A stretch of DNA of 64,000 bases from Nitrospirales bacterium. GTDB lineage: Bacteria > Nitrospirota > Nitrospiria > Nitrospirales > UBA8639. This document shows, in pieces, positions 32,095 to 41,137 of the stretch. Numbering within the stretch: position 1 is the stretch's first letter; every line of letters starts with the position of its first letter. The notes below the pieces were generated by a model. The model searched no databases. It was not told the DNA's origin and saw only the letters and a program-made list of their open reading frames with translations. The stretch lies in contig CBDCWC010000003.1 of NCBI GenBank assembly GCA_965223295.1, positions 64,001 to 128,000 of the forward strand, read 5' to 3'. The position numbers and the translations under genes are program-made.

Positions 32095-33141
32095 ATGAAT
32101 CACCTTCGATATTCGTATTTCATGATATGCTCGGTCATCGTGCTATGCCTCAGCCCTCCACTATATAGCCATGCTGGAGAGGCGCAGGACCTCCTCGCTC
32201 AAGCTCATTCGACCTACAAAGAACAGCAATGGGCTTCGGCGAAATCTCCCTTGGAACGCGCCATTGCGCTTTATCCTCAATATGCCGAAGCCCATCATCT
32301 TTTGGGTCTCGTGTTGACGAAACTTGATCAACCTAAACTGGCTATTGCCTCGCTACAACAAGCGGTCGAGGCCTATCCCGCCTTTGCTCAAGCCTATATG
32401 GATTTAGGGTTTGCGTTTCAGGATCAAGGACAATTCGAAGACGCCGAGCAGGCATTCCGACAAGCCTCTATTATTTACCCCACGTACCTGGAAAGTTGGA
32501 CGGCGCTGGCCACACTCTTTGATCAACAACAAGACGCTTCCAAGGCCATCCAGGCTCATCAAAAAGTTTTAGAAATCGATCCGCATCATGCTGACTCACT
32601 GTACGGATTAGCCTATTGGTTCGTCCGTGAAGGAAATCCCCAAAAGGCACAGCCATATGTGGAGCAGCTCACGACCCAAGATCCCAAACATGTAAATGGA
32701 TGGCTTATTACAGGGTCATTGGCACAGCAAACCAATCAGACTGAAAAAGCTATTTCGGCCTATCAACGAGTCGTGGCTCTCCAGCAACAACTTGTTGAGC
32801 CATACTTTAATTTGGGCATCTTATACCAACAACAAGAACAGCATACCGAAGCCGCCGAAGCGTTTAAGAATGTGCTTCGCCTGGACAAGAACAATCCAGA
32901 AGCCCATATCAACTTAGGTGTGGTCTACACGGCGCTTTCCAAACTGTCAGAGGCAGAGGAACACTATCAGGCCGCCTTAGCCCTCAATCCTCAATTGTCA
33001 GAAGTCCATTACAACCTGGGATTACTGTATGAGTTTCATCATAATGCGCCTCAAAAGGCGCTGGAATACTACAAGGAATATGTCAAACTCGGGGGACAGG
33101 ATGAACGAATTACCAAACTTCTCACACGAGTCGGGTCGTGA
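32095..33141 (+). CDS. Exported tetratricopeptide-repeat protein
   Basis: Multiple AEAH/YxNLG TPR units; signal peptide; AAAGGA RBS before ATG 32095. Confidence 0.9.
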   Translation: MNHLRYSYFMICSVIVLCLSPPLYSHAGEAQDLLAQAHSTYKEQQWASAKSPLERAIALYPQYAEAHHLLGLVLTKLDQPKLAIASLQQAVEAYPAFAQAYMDLGFAFQDQGQFEDAEQAFRQASIIYPTYLESWTALATLFDQQQDASKAIQAHQKVLEIDPHHADSLYGLAYWFVREGNPQKAQPYVEQLTTQDPKHVNGWLITGSLAQQTNQTEKAISAYQRVVALQQQLVEPYFNLGILYQQQEQHTEAAEAFKNVLRLDKNNPEAHINLGVVYTALSKLSEAEEHYQAALALNPQLSEVHYNLGLLYEFHHNAPQKALEYYKEYVKLGGQDERITKLLTRVGS

Positions 33142-34031
33142 CAACCACGTTTCCTGAGCAGCATGCAGATACCCGTATCTTGGCGCTGAGTGCATTGGGC
33201 AGTCTTGCACTACATGGGTTCATCATCTTTGGTTTGGCCAATATCCCGAAAGTGGCAGCCGTGAAGGATGATCCTCCAACTGTTACCGTAACCTTATTAC
33301 CAACATCAGAAGTTTCTCCGACACCACCAACCTCTGAACCAGTCGTTCAGCCCCGCACGGCGATGCCAAAGACACAATCTCTCCCTACTCCTCACTCGCC
33401 ACCACAACGATCTCATCCTGTGCTACCGCCCATGCAAGCTACATTGACCCCGTCGCTGCCCAAAACACCGGCTCCATTACCACCCCCAACCCTGACAAAA
33501 CCGATTTTGAAAGATACGCGGGCATCACAAGCCATGAAAGCCAGAAACCTAATGAAAATGCGAGTGCCCTCTCAAACTCAACAAGCGGCACCTTCCTTGC
33601 TGAAAGTGAATCCTCGCACAGACTCAACACCGCATCTCTTCGCGCCAATACCGAGGGTGCAAGAAAAGCGTACAAACACTCCCTCTCTTCCTGCGCTACC
33701 CGCATTCACAACACCGAAAACCCTCGCCCCCCCGTCACCGGCGCAAGCCGCACCCGGCATGACTCGGCCAACAATCATTTCATCATCCAAGCCCGTATAC
33801 CCACGGGTGGCCAGAGAGTCTGGATGGGAGGGCACCGTCATTGTCCGAACCCTGATCAATACACATGGAGTGCCCAGTCAGGTCAAAATCCAAAAAAGTT
33901 GTGGGTATCCTACGCTGGATCAAGCAGCGCAAGAGGCCGTCTCGACCTGGACCTTTCAACCTGCCAAAGACGGGAACATCCCCATCACCAAGTGGGTTGA
34001 TATTCCCATTAAGTTTAATCTCAAGAGTTAA
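33138..34031 (+). CDS. tonB: Energy transducer TonB
   Basis: Transmembrane SLALH (SxxxH) motif, Pro-rich linker and YPRVARESGWEGTV TonB_C domain. Confidence 0.92.
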   Translation: MTTTFPEQHADTRILALSALGSLALHGFIIFGLANIPKVAAVKDDPPTVTVTLLPTSEVSPTPPTSEPVVQPRTAMPKTQSLPTPHSPPQRSHPVLPPMQATLTPSLPKTPAPLPPPTLTKPILKDTRASQAMKARNLMKMRVPSQTQQAAPSLLKVNPRTDSTPHLFAPIPRVQEKRTNTPSLPALPAFTTPKTLAPPSPAQAAPGMTRPTIISSSKPVYPRVARESGWEGTVIVRTLINTHGVPSQVKIQKSCGYPTLDQAAQEAVSTWTFQPAKDGNIPITKWVDIPIKFNLKS

Positions 34032-34057
34032 TAAACCGATCGAGAGAAAGATACAAC

Positions 34058-34669
34058 GTGGGATTTCTCAACATGCTGATGAGCGGCGGCTGGATGATGA
34101 TTCCGATCATGGCCTGTTCTGTCCTAGCCCTAACAATTAGCATTGAACGGTTGATCTATTTCAAGAAATTTCAATCAAGCCGGCTTGCGCCCAAAATGCT
34201 CGCATTGACCGAACAAGAGAAATTTACGGATGCCTTGGCTCTTGCCGAACAACACCCTAGCCCTACTCTGAGGGTGATTGCCAGCGGGATCCAGCAACGC
34301 ACCAACTTTCCTAGTAAAGCCATGGAAGCCTCAGGCATCGTCGAACTCACCAAGATGAAACGAGGCCTCCCTATCTTGGATACCGTGATTACCCTTGGAC
34401 CACTTCTAGGCTTGCTTGGAACCATCATCGGAATGATTGATTCATTCGGACTCATGTCCGAATCTGGCTTGGGCAACCCGCATGCTGTCACCGGCGGCGT
34501 TGCAGAGGCATTAATTTGCACGGCCGCCGGAATTATTGTGGCCGTCACCACGTTAATTCCCTACAATTTTTTTCTGGCGCGCGTAGAGCAAGAAACTGAA
34601 AACATTGAACATTACGCAACTAAGACCGAGGCCGCGCTCCAACGCGAAAGCCATCGAGCGAGACCATGA
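34058..34669 (+). CDS. exbB: ExbB/TolQ/MotA proton channel subunit
   Basis: PLLGLLGTIIGMI and GGVAEALICTAAG motifs. Confidence 0.93.
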   Translation: MGFLNMLMSGGWMMIPIMACSVLALTISIERLIYFKKFQSSRLAPKMLALTEQEKFTDALALAEQHPSPTLRVIASGIQQRTNFPSKAMEASGIVELTKMKRGLPILDTVITLGPLLGLLGTIIGMIDSFGLMSESGLGNPHAVTGGVAEALICTAAGIIVAVTTLIPYNFFLARVEQETENIEHYATKTEAALQRESHRARP

Positions 34670-35076
34670 AACTTTCTGCTGCTGTCAAAAAGAAACCGCG
34701 GATTGAGATCATTCCCATGATCGACACGATGTTTTTTTTGCTTGTCTTTTTCATGATTGCCACACTATCAATGACCATACAACATGGTATGCCTGTGAAT
34801 CTTCCTGAAGCCAGCTCCACAACCGACGACGTGAAGGAGCCGGTTTCGTTGACCATTACAGAAAATGGAGACTTGTTTTACAACAAAGAAATGATTACGA
34901 TTCAGGAGCTTCAAACAAGGCTCACAGGGCTTATCCAAAAAAATCCGGAGCCAACGATTGTGATCAATGCAGATGAACAGGTAACGCACGGCTTGGTCGT
35001 GACTGTTATGGATAAATTCCGACTGAGCGGCATTCAGCACATGGCGATTGCCACAAAACCTGAAGCCACACAATGA
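34666..35076 (+). CDS. exbD: Biopolymer transport protein ExbD
   Basis: IIPMIDTMFFLLVFFMI and INADEQV motifs. Confidence 0.93.
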   Translation: MKLSAAVKKKPRIEIIPMIDTMFFLLVFFMIATLSMTIQHGMPVNLPEASSTTDDVKEPVSLTITENGDLFYNKEMITIQELQTRLTGLIQKNPEPTIVINADEQVTHGLVVTVMDKFRLSGIQHMAIATKPEATQ

Positions 35077-35417
35077 GAATGTCTTCAAAAATGAGTCACA
35101 TACGGTCAGGGGGGATCTTTCTCTCTTCTCTGTATGTATTTCTCCTGGGCGCCGCATCATTTTGCATGTTCGCCCATTCCACTCCTCTGAACGAAGAAAG
35201 CCACCATACCCAACACACTGCGACCCATTCCACGTTATGTACCTGGGCTTGTCAGGTCAGTTCCTCTCCTTCAAACGGGCAGGTTGCCTCAACGCCTGAG
35301 ACAAAGCCAGATTTGTTGCTTATTGCTCTTCTTCCAAACTTTTCTAGCATTCCACTTCCGTATGAGATCGCTTCTGCTCCATCTCGCGCCCCACCTCGGG
35401 TATTCCTTTCTCTGTAG
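35073..35417 (+). CDS. DUF2946/CruR-like small exported protein with RAPP arrest motif (copy 1)
   Basis: Hydrophobic N-terminus, HHTQHTATH, CTWAC and C-terminal SRAPP. ATGA overlap with exbD. Confidence 0.72.
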   Translation: MRMSSKMSHIRSGGIFLSSLYVFLLGAASFCMFAHSTPLNEESHHTQHTATHSTLCTWACQVSSSPSNGQVASTPETKPDLLLIALLPNFSSIPLPYEIASAPSRAPPRVFLSL

Positions 35418-35616
35418 TTCCTGACTCACATTATTCGAATGTTGGTAGCGGGCTCGTTTTTCGAAAGATTGAAGAGCTTGTTTCTCATGTAGACATTTAT
35501 CTGACCCAGCAGCTTTCCCTCTGCAGGTCATGAAAATTTTCCTACCGAAACTTCGAATCAACGTGATTTCTTATGTCTTGCATGTCTTATTTCGTATTGA
35601 GAGGAGGACAGTCATC

Positions 35617-35823
35617 ATGGATCAACAATTATTACGCGTCGGCGAAGCCGCACGGGAATTAAACGTGAGTCGGTGGACTATTTACCGTTGGGTAGATGAA
35701 GGGCGACTCAAAGCCACGAAAATCGGAAAAGGAAGCTTACGAATTTTTGGGGAATCCGTCACGACTCTTGTGCAAGCAAACCGCAAAGACTGCTGGGAAC
35801 CTGTTCTCACACAAACACGATAA
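35617..35823 (+). CDS. Xis/excisionase-type HTH DNA-binding protein (HTH_17)
   Basis: LLRVGEAARELNVSRWTIYRWVDEGRLKA; GAGGAGG RBS. Confidence 0.9.
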   Translation: MDQQLLRVGEAARELNVSRWTIYRWVDEGRLKATKIGKGSLRIFGESVTTLVQANRKDCWEPVLTQTR

Positions 35824-35914
35824 TTTCCCGACCAAAGTGTTGTATGTGACGGCATCTATCGGTAGCAAAAGATGCACCAAAAACCTATGATGTTTTAGAT
35901 TGGGTTGTTTATCA

Positions 35915-36265
35915 ATGTCCATCAAATTTGTGATGAGAATTCCATCTCTTCAAAAATTTTTTGTGATCGGGTTAGGACTATGGCTTCTTATCATGAGTGC
36001 TGTTTTAGCCTATCCGATCACAAGTCATGCTATTGATCACCAGCACACGCCGCACAACCATTCCCAAACATGGTGTGACTGGATGTGTAAGGCCAGTCAT
36101 GTAATTCACACACCATCTGTTGTTCTGGCAGAATCATCTTACGTTCTCACATCAAGGTTTCTCTCCTATTCAATCCATCACCTTTCCTCTCTCCTTTTCT
36201 CACCAGACTCTCGTGCTCCTCCAGCGATGCCTCTCTCCTCATCGACCTTACACATATCTGATTGA
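35915..36265 (+). CDS. DUF2946/CruR-like small exported protein with RAPP arrest motif (copy 2; start uncertain)
   Basis: Signal-like N-terminus, HAIDHQHTPHNH, CDWMC and C-terminal SRAPP. Confidence 0.72.
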   Translation: MSIKFVMRIPSLQKFFVIGLGLWLLIMSAVLAYPITSHAIDHQHTPHNHSQTWCDWMCKASHVIHTPSVVLAESSYVLTSRFLSYSIHHLSSLLFSPDSRAPPAMPLSSSTLHISD

Positions 36266-36326
36266 AGGGTCTAGCTCAAAGTGTCTGGCTGACTTCGGAT
36301 GCGATTTGAGAGCAATCAGACAAAGA

Positions 36327-36514
36327 AGGACTGTTGAATAATCTAATTTCAAGTTACGAACACGCTTCCAGTGCAGTGGAGGGTTCGATGCGACGGGAAT
36401 GGTCAAAAAAGTCCGCCCCCCTGCGCGAAGCCGCTTTCAGCCTTCGTAGCCACTTCGGCGAAGGAAGCCCGGCGAAGGCAGGGAACGCCGGTGGCGGATT
36501 TTTTCAACATTCCC
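36327..36514 (+). mobile_element. MITE family 1, copy F
   Basis: AGGAC-TGTTGAA ... TTCAACA-TTCCC with exact direct repeat AAAGA at 36322-36326 and 36515-36519. Confidence 0.85.
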
Positions 36515-36577
36515 AAAGACACAATACCCGGTGCAAGAGACGCCTGCTCGTTCATGACTTTGGAGGAGGTTGCAAAC

Positions 36578-37327
36578 ATGCTTCTCACTCAAGCCATCAT
36601 TCGACATTGGATACCGATATCTTTCTTTGTTCTCGCGAATCTATTCAGCATATCTGTCCTCACTTTTTCAGTGCATGCCGAGCATGTACTGGCCCTTCGA
36701 TTAGCCGCGACCCCATTGAATCGCAGCATGTGTGGCATATCGAATGAACATTCCTCTATTCGTATTCTTGCAGCCAAGCATAGAGATCTGTTTCTCCAAA
36801 AAGTTCCTGGCCAACACCGTCCCAAGAATAACCAGGACGCCAGAAAAAAAGACTATGTACACTTTGTCACGATAGCTGACCTCACTGGCGGCCAAATACC
36901 CAATGGCGCCATTGCATTTGACGACCGCCATGCCGTGATCTTTGATGACACACACCCCAAAGGTCTCGCGCGACCAAGATTTTTGTCTCAACTTACTGAC
37001 CATCAACGTCTCATAGCCGAATTGGCATTGAATACTTTTTTGCGCCTCCATCAGGTGTTCAATGCTGCCATTGATACCTGTCGACCCCATCCTGCCTTTT
37101 CGGACTATGAAAATGATGATGATGTGTTACGAATTGAAAAAGGGAAGCGGACATTCAAAAATCTTGTTCAACAATACAACAGCCACCCTTCTTTCCCTCA
37201 AAACACCTCACTTCATGAGCCAGGAACCATAGGAGGATTTGTTGATCCTCATGCAGGCAAAAAATCATATTCGGACTATCAAGCGATGAATCCATTGAAT
37301 TTTTACGTCCCCACGTCGCTTCGTTAA
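36578..37327 (+). CDS. Hypothetical exported protein
   Basis: GGAGGAGG RBS before ATG 36578; signal peptide ending SVHA. The ORF-track extension upstream runs through a MITE. Confidence 0.7.
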   Translation: MLLTQAIIRHWIPISFFVLANLFSISVLTFSVHAEHVLALRLAATPLNRSMCGISNEHSSIRILAAKHRDLFLQKVPGQHRPKNNQDARKKDYVHFVTIADLTGGQIPNGAIAFDDRHAVIFDDTHPKGLARPRFLSQLTDHQRLIAELALNTFLRLHQVFNAAIDTCRPHPAFSDYENDDDVLRIEKGKRTFKNLVQQYNSHPSFPQNTSLHEPGTIGGFVDPHAGKKSYSDYQAMNPLNFYVPTSLR

Positions 37328-37508
37328 CACTGGCAGGTATGATTCGTATAAGAAAGCCGTAGCATATGTATGTAAACTTAGGTAGACAGACTTATAGCAT
37401 CCACCCTATGCTGTGAGAGAAAACTGGACAGACGAACTCCATTAAAGGGGACCATCGTCTCTCTGTATACTCACAGGGTTTCAATACAATACTAGGAGGT
37501 TGCGGTTC

Positions 37509-38057
37509 ATGAAAAAGTTTGTTTGGCTAACTGTCATGTTGGTGTTCATGGGGTGTGCGTCAACATCAATGGCTCCGAGTACACAATCAGGCAAAATGCC
37601 TCAGGATGGGGAATTAGTATTTCCCAAAAATTACAAAACGTTCTCAACATTTTTACACGGCATCCAAAAACCTAATGCTGTCCGTGATCTTTATATCAAC
37701 AACATAGGAGCCCAAGCACATCATGGCGAATCCTTTGCCAACGGATCTATCCTAGTCATGGAAATCTACAATGCTAAGAAAGGCCCCGGCGATACGTTAC
37801 AAAAAGACGGTCAAGGGAATCTGATAAAGGATGGTCTTGCGAAAGTCTATGTCATGCAAAAAGGCAAGGGCTGGGGCCAACAAGCACCACAAGGTTTAAG
37901 AAATGGAGATTGGATCTACTCGGCATTCAAGCCCAATGGGGATCGATTAGATGTTGATTATACAACATGCCGTGGCTGTCACATGCCATTAGGTGACGCC
38001 AAGGATTATGTGCATCACTACGACGAATATTTCGAAAAACGAGTACATATGCATTAA
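37509..38057 (+). CDS. Cytochrome P460/c'-beta family lipoprotein
   Basis: Lipobox-like FMGC, FPKNYK, FANGSILVME, NGDWIYSAF and C-terminal CRGCH heme motif. Confidence 0.85.
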   Translation: MKKFVWLTVMLVFMGCASTSMAPSTQSGKMPQDGELVFPKNYKTFSTFLHGIQKPNAVRDLYINNIGAQAHHGESFANGSILVMEIYNAKKGPGDTLQKDGQGNLIKDGLAKVYVMQKGKGWGQQAPQGLRNGDWIYSAFKPNGDRLDVDYTTCRGCHMPLGDAKDYVHHYDEYFEKRVHMH

Positions 38058-38077
38058 TCCAACAACCAAACACATAT

Positions 38078-38218
38078 GGGCATCTCTAAAAACTGGTGTT
38101 TTGTTCTGAGGGCAAGGAAGCGGCGCGCGGAAAGCCGGAGTGTATGGGCCAATACATGAGGATTTGAGCACGCCGCTGACGCCGCCATCGGGAAAAAGGA
38201 CAGTTTTTAGAGGTGCCC
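38078..38218. mobile_element. MITE family 2 (single copy)
   Basis: 18-bp terminal inverted repeats GGGCATCTCTAAAAACTG / CAGTTTTTAGAGGTGCCC with one mismatch. Confidence 0.78.
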
Positions 38219-38220
38219 AT

Positions 38221-38312
38221 GTATCAAGGTAGGCTCTTCTTCCTCCTAACCTTTGATACGACAGGGTGAAGGCATATTGGACCGACCTCCTTGGCCTTCA
38301 CCCTGGCCTTTT
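38221..38312 (+). ncRNA. Putative two-hairpin CCUCCU-loop RNA element, copy 1
   Basis: Hairpin around CTTCCTCCT, then 12-bp stem CAGGGTGAAGGC/GCCTTCACCCTG with GACCTCCTT in the loop. Repeated at 40887-40971. Confidence 0.5.
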
Positions 38313-38591
38313 ACCATACGCCTTTCGTCTCGCGAATGACCTCTTGCCCAGGAGGCATCAGATGAACAATCAATATCCAACTTCTTCTCAACAGCGTTTA
38401 CACCAAATGAGAGTCCAAAACCTTCAAAATCGGTGACGCCATGTCTCCAGCCTGTGCCTCTGCGACTTTGCACGACTCTGGAACGAAACCATTGGCGAGC
38501 TACGTGATCTAAGAACTTCCCAAGAACCGGGTAAGATTCAATACGAGAAAGACTCCATTAAGAATGCGTCTACGAATAATCCCTACCTTAG

Positions 38592-38630
38592 ATAAAGAAA
38601 AGGACTCAATTCTCAAGAACTGAGTCCCTT
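38592..38630 (-). terminator. Intrinsic terminator, minus strand
   Basis: GGACTCA/TGAGTCC stem followed on the minus strand by TTTTCTTT. Confidence 0.6.
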
Positions 38631-38883
38631 CCAATCCACTTTCATCATCATTTTTCTTATTGTTGACTATGACTTGTTAAGACCTGCTCTCCTCACATCC
38701 TTCACCATATTCTACAACGTTCGAAGAAAATTATTGACAAGCATGTCTTGCTAAATACCAGCATCGCACACTAAAAAAACACCTCCACTATCTCCCCTGA
38801 CCTGGTCCCATGGACACTATATAGCTACATCTATTTTTCATAGCAAAAACAACATGGGGGAAATTTAGACCTACGAACAAGAG

Positions 38884-39546
38884 TCACGTTCTGCTCTTAT
38901 TCCATCGCCAAAGCCCGAGCCCTAGCAAACCTGAACTCATCAACATAACCGTTGATGGCTCGGGAACTGGTTGCTGAGTCGCTGTTGCCACTCCCTCAAT
39001 ATCCAACGCCCAGGCACCCATTCGATTATTCCCATCAGCGTCACAAAACGACCCATTCGAACAACCAAAAAACTCCGTAAAATCTCCAATGCCCTCTTGA
39101 GCAAACCCATCTGAAATTGTCGAACCTAGTGCCAGATTATCAAACTGCGTCAGCGCCACACGGTATTCACCAGGTTCTAACGAAGCTTCTAGAAAGGAAT
39201 CAAAGGCATTTTCACTCATGGGATCAACGCCAACATCAAGAATATCACCATCCTCGTTTTCCAAGCGGAACAGTCCACTCAAATCAAAGAGAGAGACAAC
39301 AGGATCAAAGCCACCGGCAGAAACAATATCGCCAGCGGCATTGGTTCCTCCGCCATACGATAAGGTTTTCACTGTCACTGTTGATGGAGCCGTAAGAGAA
39401 AAATCGAACAATTTTACATCATCATCCAAAGTAAACTGTCCAGTAAAGGAAAGATTGACAGCTAACACAACCTGTGGGAGAGCGAATACTGTTCCCAGAC
39501 AAGAGAGAAGACTGAGTAACCATTGATTAGAATATCTATAACCCAT
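38884..39546 (-). CDS. PEP-CTERM sorting-domain protein (DVUA0089-like)
   Basis: C-terminal VPEPST + TM + WRWNKSR; TLSYGGGTNAAG..GGFDPVVSLF; signal peptide. Confidence 0.85.
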   Translation of the reverse strand: MGYRYSNQWLLSLLSCLGTVFALPQVVLAVNLSFTGQFTLDDDVKLFDFSLTAPSTVTVKTLSYGGGTNAAGDIVSAGGFDPVVSLFDLSGLFRLENEDGDILDVGVDPMSENAFDSFLEASLEPGEYRVALTQFDNLALGSTISDGFAQEGIGDFTEFFGCSNGSFCDADGNNRMGAWALDIEGVATATQQPVPEPSTVMLMSSGLLGLGLWRWNKSRT

Positions 39547-39664
39547 GGTACATTCCTTTCAACGCAAATGATGAGGAAGATGACTGACTCAATTCAAGCA
39601 GGATAACGAGCCGTGATAACTTCCTGTCGATTGCCAGCCCGTTACCTTCTCTGCATTTCACATA

Positions 39665-40486
39665 CTATTTTTTTGCTGGCCAAAACCCCCTGATAGGTAA
39701 ATATTCATCAATCTCATGGGCAGCGGGAGACACCTCCACACCAAATCCCTCACCACAGTTCGCCGGCAGTGGATTGTTTTCTAAGTCACGGATCACGGTA
39801 ATTTGAGGCCAAAACCCTTCGGCCACAATCGTTGGATCGTCAAAGGCAGGCGTGAGATTGGCCATCCAAACATCCGCACGATCAGCACCCTTCTTTGAAT
39901 GCGTGCAGTAATTCGCAATAGCAATATTAATTTGAAGTTTGGCGATACACGACGTTTCTTGAAATTGAGGATAGGACGCTCTCCAAGGAACAAGCCCCAC
40001 CAACTCTGGATCTAATTTTCCTTTAGTGTACCGAAACGCCCGGACATCTGAACTGACCGTGTTTCCTCGAGACACATAGGGAGCGACAGAACCTTCCACA
40101 CGTCTAATTTTTCGGAATACGTTGTGATCCTGCACAGGGCGGGCACCCATAATAGGATTCCCTTTGATATGACTGCCCAAAGCCACGTCTTCACCAGTAT
40201 CCATGCGCTTTGCCACGGTAGAACTCCCATTCGGGAATACGGCACTCATCGCTCGAATAGCTGTCCCATTGCATCCATGCGGAACACTGAATGAATTCAC
40301 GACGCTGCTAGCTCCTTCTAATTCGACCCGTTCAGCAAATGCATTTGGCGTATTTTTGGGAAGGACTGTCGTGTGAGGATTAGCCAACACATCACTCAGA
40401 CCCACACCAGGCCCCACTATGAGTCCACCCAATATCAAACCCATCACCATTTCTTTTCGCAAGCTCAATTGATGCCCCCTCTTCAT
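39665..40486 (-). CDS. Exported protein with YcnI/DUF1775-like N-terminus
   Basis: Signal peptide, HTTV.P and FSVPHGC motifs; AAGGAGG RBS. Family assignment is tentative. Confidence 0.6.
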   Translation of the reverse strand: MKRGHQLSLRKEMVMGLILGGLIVGPGVGLSDVLANPHTTVLPKNTPNAFAERVELEGASSVVNSFSVPHGCNGTAIRAMSAVFPNGSSTVAKRMDTGEDVALGSHIKGNPIMGARPVQDHNVFRKIRRVEGSVAPYVSRGNTVSSDVRAFRYTKGKLDPELVGLVPWRASYPQFQETSCIAKLQINIAIANYCTHSKKGADRADVWMANLTPAFDDPTIVAEGFWPQITVIRDLENNPLPANCGEGFGVEVSPAAHEIDEYLPIRGFWPAKK

Positions 40487-40886
40487 AGATCCCCTCCTTA
40501 CAATAAGATAAACACGTGAATTGCGGTTGATAAAAACGCTGGAAATGAGACGTTTTCTTCAGAAAAAAACAGGAGAGTCCAATGTATCGATACACCAGGA
40601 GAATTTCTACTGATGCATATCAAAAGATACTACAGTTTGCTACATCTCGTTCTTCAATTTTTACAGTCAATGTTTCAAAAATAAAAAATATGCCATTCCC
40701 AAAGCGCCATTATAAGCATAAAATTTGGCCATTTTTCCCTCAATTCACCGAAGGAGAATGAGACTTGTTGCATCCATAAGCAAGTATGTCTAGACAAATT
40801 TTTACCTTTTTCGATAACTTGAAAAAATCGCGACTCTACAAGCACCTGAGGCATAGGGCCGCCAACATCACTCGACACCAGAACAA

Positions 40887-40971
40887 CTCCAAGGTGGGGT
40901 CTTCCTCCTGGCTTTGGAGATAACAGGGTGAAGGCATTTGGACCGACCTCCTTGGCCTTCACCCTGTTTTT
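40887..40971 (+). ncRNA. Putative two-hairpin CCUCCU-loop RNA element, copy 2
   Basis: Same architecture as copy 1. The second hairpin differs by one indel and ends in TTTTT. Confidence 0.55.
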
Positions 40972-41137
40972 ATTCCACTACTGAAACGTAAAGGCTTCGT
41001 CCATCAAGACCGCATAACTGATTTGCATACGGATTGTTCTCAAGTTTTCCCACCCAATTTTCTTTCCACCCTCGTTCTTGATAATCTGCCTATACTCTAT
41101 TTTCTTCCCCTTTCACTCCATCCGGCTGGAGGTCTGC

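Noticed and set aside
36334-36577. ORFs reading through MITEs (also 7568, 12142, 24370, 26085, 30750, 52817)
   Set aside because: They translate repeat sequence and lack independent coding evidence.
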